Shown: in pieces, positions 1 to 8,226 of the stretch
Numbering within the stretch: position 1 is the first letter of the stretch
Layout of the letters: each line of letters begins with the position of its first letter
NCBI GenBank assembly: GCA_045046875.1
Contig: JASFYY010000071.1
Coordinates: forward strand, 1 to 14,575
Direction of reading: 5' to 3'
Length of the DNA: 14,575 nucleotides
Source of the DNA: Verrucomicrobiota bacterium
GTDB lineage: Bacteria > Verrucomicrobiota > Verrucomicrobiia > Verrucomicrobiales > DEV007
The notes under the pieces: generated by a model
Seen by the model: the letters and a program-made list of their open reading frames with translations, nothing else
The model's database searches: none
What the model was told of the DNA's origin: nothing
Translations under genes and position numbers: made by a program

Positions 1-311
1 GCAAAGTTTTCCGCAATCGACATATCCGGAGCCGTGCCGCTGAAAGGATTCTGGAACACCCGGCCGATCAACGACGCGCGCCGATGTTCCGGCCATTTGG
101 TCACATCACGCCCGGCGATCTCTATCGATCCTTCGTCCACCCGGAAAGATCCCGCCACCGCATTCAACAGAGTCGACTTGCCCGAACCATTCATCCCCAA
201 TACCACTACAAAAGAACCTTCCTCGATTTTCAAATCCACTCCCCGCAGAGCACGAACTTCATTCACCGTTCCCGGATTGAAGGTTTTATGAATGGCTGAA
301 ACTTGAAGCAT
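1..311 (-). CDS. ABC transporter ATP-binding protein, 5' part (runs off the left window edge)
   Basis: Not in the ORF track. Manual translation from ATG at 311: MLQVSAIHKTFNPGTVNEVRALRGVDLKIEEGSFVVVLGMNGSGKSTLLNAVAG...WPEHRRASLIGRVFQNPFSGTAPDMSIAENF. Walker A (GMNGSGKST) and Q-loop (VFQNP) are present. The KTFNPGT.NE N-terminus is typical of ATPases partnering ABC_sub_bind-type importers. It starts 30 nt after the permease stop. Confidence 0.95.
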   Translation of the reverse strand, partial: MLQVSAIHKTFNPGTVNEVRALRGVDLKIEEGSFVVVLGMNGSGKSTLLNAVAGSFRVDEGSIEIAGRDVTKWPEHRRASLIGRVFQNPFSGTAPDMSIAENF

Positions 312-341
312 AAAAACGGTATTTTAAGATAAGTGAAAAAA

Positions 342-1271
342 CTAGGCCGCCGAACGCGAGGGACGTTTCAACTGGCGAATAAAACCAGGTAAAACCAGCG
401 CGGCGAATACAAACAAAGCGGTGATCAATTTGAGATCATTAGGATTAAGCCCCCAACGCAAAGCAATCGCGACCAGTAGCCGGAACAACACCGAACCAAA
501 AATGGTACCTATAATCGTAAGCCCCAGACTACTGCCTCCCACCAAAGCCTCTCCAATAATCACACTGGCCAATCCCCACACCACCATACCAATACCCATC
601 TGCGCATCAGCAAAACCCTGATACTGCGCCAGTAAAGCTCCCGACAGTGCCACCAGTCCATTGGACAAGGCAAGCCCCATGACAATATTGCGCTCCACAT
701 TGGATCCCAAAGCACGGATCATCTGAGAGTTATTACCCGTCGCCCGCATCGCGGTGCCGACATTGGTGCGAAAAAACACATACAGCAGAAAACCCACCAG
801 AGCCTCAGCCAGAAAAGCCATCACCAGAATTGCAGCGTCAGCCGATCCGATTCGCCAACCGAACAGATTGAATTCATTCGCACCCACCACCATCTGGCCA
901 ATTTTTTCACTGTAACTCGCCAAAGTGCGCGCCTGCATCAAGGGAATGTTGCTGCGCCCCATCACATGCAGATTGACTGAATAAAGCGCGGTCATCACCA
1001 GAATCCCCGCCAACAGGGAGTTGATCTTAAATCTCGTGTGCAACACCCCGGTCAGCGATCCCGCGACTGCGCCACCCACCGCTGCCGCACCCGTAGCCAA
1101 CAGCGGATTGTAACCGTTCACCAACAACACCGCCGCGATCGCCGCTCCGAGAGTGATCGAACCATCAGTGGTGATATCAGGCACGTCAAAAATGCGGAAA
1201 GAAACAAAAACCCCCATCGCGAGCAATGAGAGAATCAAGCCTATGGTTAAAGCGCCAAGCAGTAGAGTCAT
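342..1271 (-). CDS. ABC transporter permease (BPD_transp_2-like; putative aromatic amino acid importer type)
   Basis: Highly hydrophobic, with family motifs FRIFDVPDITTDGS, LAGILVMTALYSVNLHVMGRSN, AMRATGNN, QYQGFADAQMGIG and DLKLITA. Start at ATG 1271 (MTLLLGAL) is preferred over 1301, which overlaps the upstream gene. Confidence 0.92.
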   Translation of the reverse strand: MTLLLGALTIGLILSLLAMGVFVSFRIFDVPDITTDGSITLGAAIAAVLLVNGYNPLLATGAAAVGGAVAGSLTGVLHTRFKINSLLAGILVMTALYSVNLHVMGRSNIPLMQARTLASYSEKIGQMVVGANEFNLFGWRIGSADAAILVMAFLAEALVGFLLYVFFRTNVGTAMRATGNNSQMIRALGSNVERNIVMGLALSNGLVALSGALLAQYQGFADAQMGIGMVVWGLASVIIGEALVGGSSLGLTIIGTIFGSVLFRLLVAIALRWGLNPNDLKLITALFVFAALVLPGFIRQLKRPSRSAA

Positions 1272-1290
1272 GATGAAAAATAATAAAACT

Positions 1291-2508
1291 TTAAAGAGCA
1301 ATCGGCGCTATCCACAGCGCTCCACGGTAAAATTCACTTTCCCCGGCACCGGTGATGCCGCGAGGATCATTGAGCAAATGCAAAACCGATTGCAAATGAT
1401 CACCATCGAACAAATCGTTGACCGATTCATGCAAATCAATACGCCCCTTGCGCAGCGGCCGGTAATGAAAAGCCGCGGCATGCAAATGCCCAAGCAAGTC
1501 GGACTGCGCTTCGAGCGGACGCAAAAACGGATCCAGCGAGCTGCCCGCTTTGGCCACCACCCCCGACAACAAACTGATCGAATCGCGGTGACTGCGCTCA
1601 CTGCTAAAAGACAACCAATCCCTGATAGCAGGAAAAGCAAAACGATCTTCCCGTGTGCCCGCCGGAGCTGGAGACTGACGCAGTGAAGTGCCAACCAAAC
1701 CAGAAGTTTCGGTGATACCCACCACCGCCAGCGCTTCGTGCCCTGACAAATCGAGCAGCGCTTGGCAAACTTCACTCAGCCCCACATTACGTTTTTCCGC
1801 ACAGGCCTCAAAACGAATCAAGGCTCCTGGCAGCTCGCCACTTAAGCCGAGTAAAAACTGTCCCTCGGGAATCAAATCACCCTCGCAAATCATGTAATCC
1901 GGCCGATTGGATCCATCGGTAGGCTGATAAGCCGCGCAACCCGCCACTGATAGCAACTCACCCATCCGCGAATCAATATCCTCAGCATTCGATCCCAAAG
2001 CCCCCACCCCCAATGCAAAACGATTGGCAGAAAAGGTCACCTGCTCATGCTGACCGTCGGGTCGACCTTGTGCCAAAGCAGTTGGCTCACCGTGTTTCTG
2101 TAAAATAATCGCCGCCGCCTTTTTTGCATCGTCCAGTATTTCAAAACTAGCCGATGCCGATTGATGCGCGCAAACATCCTCCCCACTACCCATCCCAACA
2201 CCTTCGTCAGACTCCACCAACAGCTCCTCCAAACCGGCAAGATCGAGAACATTGCGCACAAAAGACGAAGCGTTGACAATACCAAATAAACCCTTGATAC
2301 CCGCCAACTGTTTATGACTGGTGAGCAGCACCCGAATACCCGCCGAGCTCAGATAAACCACCTTCGCCATATCAAAATGCATCCGGTGCTCTCCCGCCTT
2401 GACGGCATCATCAAAAGCCGACTGCACCGGATCGCACCAACCGGCATCCAATCGTCCGTCCAGATGCAGAACCAAAATGTCGTTTTCTTTTTGAGTCGTG
2501 ATTTTCAT
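1291..2508 (-). CDS. STAS (anti-sigma factor antagonist) domain fused to an uncharacterised ~300 aa C-terminal domain
   Basis: N-terminal ~100 aa: ILVLHLDGRLDA...FDMAKVVYLSSAGIRVLL...VRNVLDLAGL, a SpoIIAA/RsbV-like STAS with the phosphorylatable SSAG motif. The remainder is not recognised. Start ATG 2508 is preferred over TTG 2520. Confidence 0.85.
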   Translation of the reverse strand: MKITTQKENDILVLHLDGRLDAGWCDPVQSAFDDAVKAGEHRMHFDMAKVVYLSSAGIRVLLTSHKQLAGIKGLFGIVNASSFVRNVLDLAGLEELLVESDEGVGMGSGEDVCAHQSASASFEILDDAKKAAAIILQKHGEPTALAQGRPDGQHEQVTFSANRFALGVGALGSNAEDIDSRMGELLSVAGCAAYQPTDGSNRPDYMICEGDLIPEGQFLLGLSGELPGALIRFEACAEKRNVGLSEVCQALLDLSGHEALAVVGITETSGLVGTSLRQSPAPAGTREDRFAFPAIRDWLSFSSERSHRDSISLLSGVVAKAGSSLDPFLRPLEAQSDLLGHLHAAAFHYRPLRKGRIDLHESVNDLFDGDHLQSVLHLLNDPRGITGAGESEFYRGALWIAPIAL

Positions 2509-2534
2509 TCTATCAACCAATCTAATATGGACTC

Positions 2535-5519
2535 TCAGGGTTTGAGCTCCTTAACCTCTCCCAACAAAGCTTTGGGCAAAGTCATGCCCAGTTTTGCAGC
2601 ATTGGCAGGGCTAGCCGCCGAGTAGGTGTCCGGTGACAAGCGAATCGGGATACTTGCCGGGTCCTGCCCGCCAATCACTTGCAAAATCATCTTACCCGTC
2701 TCCTCACCCGATTGATAATAGTCCCGCCCCATCGCATAGGCCGCACCCATATCCACGGTCACACTGTTCAGACTGAGCAATGGTTTCTGCGCTTGCCTGG
2801 CCGCACGCGTGATCGCCGAAAATCCGGAAGAAGACAAGTTATCCGGAATCTGCAACACCGCATCAATCGGACTGATGACCAGAGCCAAAGCCGCGTCGGA
2901 TAACTCCAGCGACGTATTTGCCGCCACCGCTTTCAAACTCAAGCCTCGCTTTTCACACTCCAACTGCAACTGGTGTTTGTTGTTCTCGGAATTCGTTTCC
3001 GAGGGACAATAGACGGTGCCCAATTTTTTGTATTGAGGGAAATGTTTTTCCAACACGTCGAGCATTTTAATCACTGGCGCAGCCACCGCTGCACCCGTTA
3101 CATTAGGCAAATGATCTTCATAAGAAGTCGCTGCACCCGCCACCACCGGATCAGCCACCACACCAAAAACAATTGGAACATCTTTGATCTTCCTAATCGT
3201 CGCCTGCAAAGCCGGAGTGGACAGTGGCACCACCAGATCCGCACGATCGGTGATGATCGCATCCACGATGCCATTGAGCACACTCACATCACCCTGGGCA
3301 TTGCGCACCTTCAAAGTGTAATCTACGCCCTCTTTCAATTCACTGTAGCCAAGCACCTTCTTGAGCCCCTCCATCGCTTGTTCAAAAGGCGGTGATTCGA
3401 TATAAATCGCCACCGCAATGTTCCACTTTTTGCCGGAAGGATTGGGGCTCTGACTGACCTTGTCTTTCGTTGTGCCCGCCGTATATTTTTTCTCCGGAGC
3501 CTTGCCTGAAGTCTCGATCTCCTTGATCACATCCTCTGGCACCTTGATGCCCAAACCCTCCGCCACCTTACGATTAAAACGTCCCTCAATCACCGAGACA
3601 TTAGCCATCGGAATATTGGCCGGGCTCTCGCCGAGAAAAATCCGCGCCAGCGGTTCCGCCGCCGACTGACCGCTGTAATAATATCCCGGCCCGATGGAAA
3701 TAATCGGACCATCCACATTGGCGTCACTATTGATCAAGGGTAAGTTCGCGGTATCCGCTGTTTTCACCACGGCATCAAAAGCCTGGTAAACAATATTGTC
3801 GGCAGGCACATAGATCGCGTCCACCTGCCGGCTCACCAACGCCTGCGCCGCTTGAATCACCTCACTGGTGGTGGCACAGGTCATTTCAACCAATTCCAAC
3901 TTCTCCTGCTTACAAATCTCCCGCAGCAAAGTGATCTCTTTCACCGAATTGGCCTCGCCGCTGTTATACAAAGTGCCCAGCTTCTTGATATTCGGCAAGG
4001 CCTTCAGAGTCAGACGCAAGGTATCAGCCAAGGGAGGCATCGAACCAATGCCCGTCACATTGGCATTATGATCAGTGAAACTTTTTCCCGCTCCCGCCGC
4101 AACCGGATCGGTCACAAAAGTGAAAACCACCGGATGCTGTTTCACCGCCGCAATCGCTCCCTGTAAAACCGGAGTGGAAAAAGCGACGATCACATCAACG
4201 TCACTGCTATCAAAATTCATCATCATCGGCCGGATGTTCACCATCTCAGCCTGGGCGTGAGAGCGGGAGACCTTCAGGTTTTTCCCTTCGACAAAACCCA
4301 AGTCTTTCAAACCATCAAAGAGCCCCTTTTGACACAGCTCAAAACTCTCCTCCGGCGCAAAATACGCCAAGGCCATTTTATACACCCGTCCCGGCTCCGG
4401 AGTCAGCAACGTCAGCCCACTTTCCGCATCTATTTTTTCTTTACGATGCTCCTTGCCATCAGCATCAATTCTGATCTCGGCTCGATCCGCCATACCTACT
4501 GGCAAAGACCAGTTTTCACCAAACTTGGGCAGCACCTGCTCATTAAGCAAAAGCACTTCCGGCATGTAGTTATCAATCGTCACCGTCGCAGGGCTGCGGC
4601 CACTGAGAATATCACCCGCCAGCAGTCCTGTCTGGCGCCCCACTTGCCGGTAGTCCGCGCCAAGATCAAACAATGCCCCCTTTTCAATGTTAGGCGGGAT
4701 CACCGTGAACACCGGAATGCGCGCTTTGTTCGCCGCAGCGATCAGCGGATCGATACCGACGATCACCGTTACATCCCCCGGCACCCAAATCGCCTGCACC
4801 CCTCGCGCTACCAGCGCCGCCGCGGCTTCCCCCACCCCGGCGGTATTGTCCACCGGACTTTCTTTCAACTCGATGCCGAGCTGCTGACAAACCTTGCGTG
4901 CGATCTCAAGTTGAGCCAGCGAATTGGTTTCAGAAGCATTCCACACCACCCCCACCTCGGCTAGTCTCGGATTGAACTGACGAGCCGTTTCAAAAGCCAG
5001 CTTCACTGGTTGCAGCGTACCGTATCCAGCCAGATGAGCCGGATGCTGCAAATGATCCTCCCGACTGATGCCCACGCCGGCACCATAAGGATCGGTCACC
5101 AGACCAAACACATGATTGACCTTGCCCGCCTTATTGGCATTGGCCACCGCCTGCAACGACGGCGTGCTGACACTCAACAACAAATCATAACCCCCGGCAA
5201 CCATGCTCGTCGCAATCGCCTGAGCGGTAGGCATATCCCCTTGGGCATTAAAAAATTTGATCTCAAGGTTTTTGCCCTCCTCCCACCCCCTGGCTTTCAA
5301 ACCCGCAATCATGCCCTCACGACCATCATCAAGCACCGTCTGCGAAGCATGCTGCAGTAAAGCAATCCGCATCACCCGCTTGACCTCCGTGCTTTCAGGT
5401 TTGATCCGCGACCCCAAATCAGAAAGCAGTAACAAAGCGGAAGTCGCGCCGATCAGCGCGAAACCTAGGATAAGACGTTTAAAATGATGCAACATGGGAG
5501 ATAAATCGTGTTTTATCAT
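2535..5519 (-). CDS. ABC transporter substrate-binding protein with three tandem ABC_sub_bind (PF04392, TrpX-like) domains and an N-terminal hydrophobic anchor or signal
   Basis: 994 aa ORF with thrice-repeated motifs: NAQGD/HAQAE/NAQGD, STPSLQA/STPVLQG/STPALQA, VTDPYGAG/VTDPVAAG/VADPVVAG, SETNS/GEANS/SETNS. Hydrophobic N-terminal segment without a lipobox Cys. Alternative start ATG 5495. Confidence 0.9.
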   Translation of the reverse strand: MIKHDLSPMLHHFKRLILGFALIGATSALLLLSDLGSRIKPESTEVKRVMRIALLQHASQTVLDDGREGMIAGLKARGWEEGKNLEIKFFNAQGDMPTAQAIATSMVAGGYDLLLSVSTPSLQAVANANKAGKVNHVFGLVTDPYGAGVGISREDHLQHPAHLAGYGTLQPVKLAFETARQFNPRLAEVGVVWNASETNSLAQLEIARKVCQQLGIELKESPVDNTAGVGEAAAALVARGVQAIWVPGDVTVIVGIDPLIAAANKARIPVFTVIPPNIEKGALFDLGADYRQVGRQTGLLAGDILSGRSPATVTIDNYMPEVLLLNEQVLPKFGENWSLPVGMADRAEIRIDADGKEHRKEKIDAESGLTLLTPEPGRVYKMALAYFAPEESFELCQKGLFDGLKDLGFVEGKNLKVSRSHAQAEMVNIRPMMMNFDSSDVDVIVAFSTPVLQGAIAAVKQHPVVFTFVTDPVAAGAGKSFTDHNANVTGIGSMPPLADTLRLTLKALPNIKKLGTLYNSGEANSVKEITLLREICKQEKLELVEMTCATTSEVIQAAQALVSRQVDAIYVPADNIVYQAFDAVVKTADTANLPLINSDANVDGPIISIGPGYYYSGQSAAEPLARIFLGESPANIPMANVSVIEGRFNRKVAEGLGIKVPEDVIKEIETSGKAPEKKYTAGTTKDKVSQSPNPSGKKWNIAVAIYIESPPFEQAMEGLKKVLGYSELKEGVDYTLKVRNAQGDVSVLNGIVDAIITDRADLVVPLSTPALQATIRKIKDVPIVFGVVADPVVAGAATSYEDHLPNVTGAAVAAPVIKMLDVLEKHFPQYKKLGTVYCPSETNSENNKHQLQLECEKRGLSLKAVAANTSLELSDAALALVISPIDAVLQIPDNLSSSGFSAITRAARQAQKPLLSLNSVTVDMGAAYAMGRDYYQSGEETGKMILQVIGGQDPASIPIRLSPDTYSAASPANAAKLGMTLPKALLGEVKELKP

Positions 5520-5687
5520 AACAAGGCTTCTGAAGTATTCAACCGCTACTGTGCCAATCTTATTTTAATAAAATCGACAAGAGCCATGGATCTAATTTTG
5601 TGGATTTTTCAACTAGACCATGCTAACGATTATTCAAAAAATCGGCTGAATTTAAAGAAACGAATACGGATCACACCAACTTCCACC
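5520..5687. promoter_or_regulatory. AT-rich divergent intergenic region presumed to carry promoters for both flanking operons
   Basis: Genes diverge on both sides and the sequence is more AT-rich than the coding regions. No exact -35/-10 pair could be assigned. Confidence 0.5.
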
Positions 5688-6224
5688 ATGAGCCTCAAGC
5701 CAGCCATCGACTCCTTGCTTCATGTTCTCACCCAGGAGCAAACTCTTCTCCTGCAAATGTCCGACAGTGACTACGCCACAACCATTACCCATGCTTTTGG
5801 CAGCAGCCCCGGCAAACACATCCGCCATAACCTCGATCATCTGACCTCCTTTGTCCTCGGTTTTGAACAAGGACACATCGATTACGAAGACCGGCCTCGG
5901 AATGAACGCATCGAACAGTGCCGCGACTTCGCCTTGGAAGAGATCTCCAGCCTCATGCACAATCTGAGGCAACTATCTGCGCAAAAAGACAAAACCCTCT
6001 CTATCCGTTGCGAAATCCAAAGCGATGACGACGACCTTCAATGGCTACAGAGTTCCTGTGGCCGGGAGTTGCAATTCCTACTCAGTCACTCCATCCATCA
6101 TCATGCGATCATCGCCATGCTACCAGTCTGTCAGTCACTCAACTTACCCACTGGATTCGGAATCGCTCCCTCCACCCAGCGTTATCAAAAAAACACAAGC
6201 ACCCGCCAATCATGTGCACACTGA
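5688..6224 (+). CDS. DinB/YfiT-like superfamily protein (His-triad, putative metal-dependent)
   Basis: Motifs SSPGKHIRHNLDH, IDYEDRPR, RELQFLLSHSIHHHAII and FGIAPST. Start ATG 5688 (MSLKPAI); the ORF-track extension to 5508 spans the intergenic region. Confidence 0.85.
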   Translation: MSLKPAIDSLLHVLTQEQTLLLQMSDSDYATTITHAFGSSPGKHIRHNLDHLTSFVLGFEQGHIDYEDRPRNERIEQCRDFALEEISSLMHNLRQLSAQKDKTLSIRCEIQSDDDDLQWLQSSCGRELQFLLSHSIHHHAIIAMLPVCQSLNLPTGFGIAPSTQRYQKNTSTRQSCAH

Positions 6225-6967
6225 GCTGGTGGATCAGCGAAAAAAACCGCGGCCTGTTTTTTAACCGCGATGAAAACCGCAACCGGCCACGCAGCCTGGC
6301 ACCGCAAATCATTGAGCGCACCACGGATTCACAGCCATGCAAAATCCTCATGCCCACCGACCCGCAAGCGGGAGGCACTTGGATCGGAGTCAATCAACAC
6401 GGCCTGATACTGGCCCTACTCAATCATTACCCTGAAAATCAAATCTCACGCCCTGGTAATCTCAGCCGGGGGTTATTAGTGATCGATTTGCTGACAAAAC
6501 ATGCCAGTCCAGAAACCTGCTTCACCGAGCTAACTCAAATCGATCTCACACAACGCAGCGGTTTTGTCCTCTTCGCCATGAACCTGCAGGACGAGCCAAT
6601 GATCGCCTCATGGAACGGCTCACAGTTCACTGCCCCCGCTCTTCCAAAACCTCCCCACCTCCACTATTTGACCAGCTCATCCTTCCAGCCCGAAGCATGC
6701 CTGGCCTACCGTGAACAACTCTTCAGCCAAACGGGCAGCCCTACCTCCCCGGCACAGCTCAAAACCCTGCACCACCACTACGATCCTGCCGCACCAGCCT
6801 ACAGCCCCTTAATGCAACGCCCCGACTCAGCTACCGAATCCATAACAGAAATAGTGATCGACGAAAAGAATGCCCGCATGACTTTCCAACCCATACAAGG
6901 CACCCCACCCAGCCCGCAAAACACAATCTATAAAAAACTCCCCCTCTCCCCACCAACTCACAATTAA
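6212..6967 (+). CDS. NRDE / TANGO2 family protein (Ntn-hydrolase-like fold)
   Basis: Begins MCTLSW at ATG 6212, with NRDE, DPQAGGTWIGVNQHG...LLN, SRGLLV and TSSS motifs. Overlaps the DinB gene end by 13 nt. Confidence 0.92.
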   Translation: MCTLSWWISEKNRGLFFNRDENRNRPRSLAPQIIERTTDSQPCKILMPTDPQAGGTWIGVNQHGLILALLNHYPENQISRPGNLSRGLLVIDLLTKHASPETCFTELTQIDLTQRSGFVLFAMNLQDEPMIASWNGSQFTAPALPKPPHLHYLTSSSFQPEACLAYREQLFSQTGSPTSPAQLKTLHHHYDPAAPAYSPLMQRPDSATESITEIVIDEKNARMTFQPIQGTPPSPQNTIYKKLPLSPPTHN

Positions 6968-6984
6968 CAATCCCTCCTGCACTC

Positions 6985-8109
6985 ATGAAAATAAAATTCG
7001 CCACCACTGACGCAGAAAAACAAGCCGTCTTCCGTATTCGCTACGATATCTACGTCGAAGAAATGGGCGTTTACACCGACCAGGCCGATCATGAAAACCG
7101 TATCTTCACCGATAGCCACGACGACACCGACCTGCTCATGTATGCAGAAGAAGACTCTCAGGTGGTGGCAGCCATGAGCTTAGTTGACGGTTCCGTCGCC
7201 CCCATGGCAGAAGGGCTCAAAGCCATTTACGATCTCGAACGTTTCGCTGGCATTATTCCTGAGGAAAAAATGTCTGCCTTCATCCGTTTGGTAGTAAAAA
7301 AAGAACTGCGCAGCACCTCCCTGCCCTTCCGCATGATGGCGGCAGGTGGGGAAAAGGGGATCAACAATGGAGCTGAACTTTTTTTCTGCACCTGCCAACC
7401 TCACTTGATCAAAATGTACCAACGGCTCGGCTTCCGCTCCTATTCCAAGGAAGTTTACAACGACCCCCAATTTGGCATCATGATCCCGCTAGTCCTGGTT
7501 CTTAACGATGCAGAGCATTTACAGCAGATCAGATCCCCCATGCGGAAAATTTTTGCCAAAGGGCATTATGATCCCGCCGCGTTGCAACCCGTTTTACAAG
7601 CCATGGGCACTTCTACCATTCACGATACCGAGAGCAACCAAGGCTCAGAGAAATGGTCATCCCTTTACAATGTACTGGACGAATCCCAATCAGATCAATT
7701 CCTCTTATTTGAAGGCTTAGAAAATGACGAAATCCAAAACGTCATCGCCATGGGGCATGTGATCGAATGTGCTTCAGGAGACCTGGTGATCAAAAAAGGA
7801 CAAGTTGCCAAAACCGTTTACGTTCCGCTCTCAGGAGATCTACACGTCCGCAATGGCGAACAGTTGATCGCCATTGTGCAAAAAGGTGAGATGCTCGGCG
7901 AACAAGCCTTCCTGCTTGGCGAGCGCCGCACGGTTGATGTTTACGCCGGCAGCGACGGCTGCCAGGTGCTCAGCCTCGACGAACGCAACCTGCGTGCTAT
8001 GATCGAAACCCCTGGCAGGATCGCCGCCATTCTACTGCTGAACATGAGCAGAGCACTCGCCCGTCGCCTAGCCCAAACCACCGCCGAACTGCAAGTCCAG
8101 GGTGGATAA
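6985..8109 (+). CDS. GNAT-fold acyltransferase (N-acyl amino acid synthase FeeM / LuxI-like) fused to a C-terminal cyclic-nucleotide-binding domain
   Basis: N-terminal KFATTDAEKQAVFRIRYDIYVEEMG, RLVVKKELR and CQPHLIKMYQRLGFR. C-terminal GDLVIKKGQ...SGDLHV...GEMLGEQAFLLGERRTVDVYA is a cNMP beta-barrel with phosphate-binding cassette. Confidence 0.85.
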   Translation: MKIKFATTDAEKQAVFRIRYDIYVEEMGVYTDQADHENRIFTDSHDDTDLLMYAEEDSQVVAAMSLVDGSVAPMAEGLKAIYDLERFAGIIPEEKMSAFIRLVVKKELRSTSLPFRMMAAGGEKGINNGAELFFCTCQPHLIKMYQRLGFRSYSKEVYNDPQFGIMIPLVLVLNDAEHLQQIRSPMRKIFAKGHYDPAALQPVLQAMGTSTIHDTESNQGSEKWSSLYNVLDESQSDQFLLFEGLENDEIQNVIAMGHVIECASGDLVIKKGQVAKTVYVPLSGDLHVRNGEQLIAIVQKGEMLGEQAFLLGERRTVDVYAGSDGCQVLSLDERNLRAMIETPGRIAAILLLNMSRALARRLAQTTAELQVQGG

Positions 8110-8165
8110 TTTGAATAAGGCAGGCGAGATGCTACGCCGGCAATTTTGCAATTTTATTTTTCCCC

Positions 8166-8191
8166 ATCAGTGTTAATCAGTGAAATCAGTG
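8166..8191. repeat. Three direct copies of the heptamer ATCAGTG (periods 10 and 9 nt)
   Basis: ATCAGTG at 8166-8172, 8176-8182 and 8185-8191, in the intergenic gap 35 nt upstream of the cNMP gene start. Confidence 0.8.
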
Positions 8192-8226
8192 GTTATAAAA
8201 AATTTTGTCGTGTAGGGTAATAGCCC

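Noticed and set aside
34..299. Plus-strand ORFs 34..291 and 84..299
   Set aside because: Antisense shadows of the minus-strand ABC ATPase, which has a clear Walker A and Q-loop.
1153..5487. Longer alternative-frame ORFs such as 1153..1686, 1308..1775, 2973..3395 and 4257..4964
   Set aside because: They overlap well-supported genes, have Arg/His/Gln-skewed off-frame composition and show no recognisable motifs.
5540..5558. Minus-strand TTGGCAC as a sigma54 promoter for the ABC operon
   Set aside because: The -24 element matches, but the -12 position reads GT rather than GC and there is no TTGC.
5508..6211. N-terminal extensions of DinB (from 5508) and NRDE (from 6041) in the ORF track
   Set aside because: Family motifs begin at ATG 5688 and ATG 6212. 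NRDE needs Cys at position 2, and the extensions overlap other genes or the promoter region.
8119..8162. GGCG/CGCC hairpin followed by T-rich sequence after the GNAT-cNMP gene as a terminator
   Set aside because: The stem is short and interrupted, and the U-tract is not adjacent. Too weak to call.
8166..8191. ATCAGTG repeats as a CRISPR array or iterons
   Set aside because: Units of 7 nt with 2-3 nt gaps, and no cas or rep genes.
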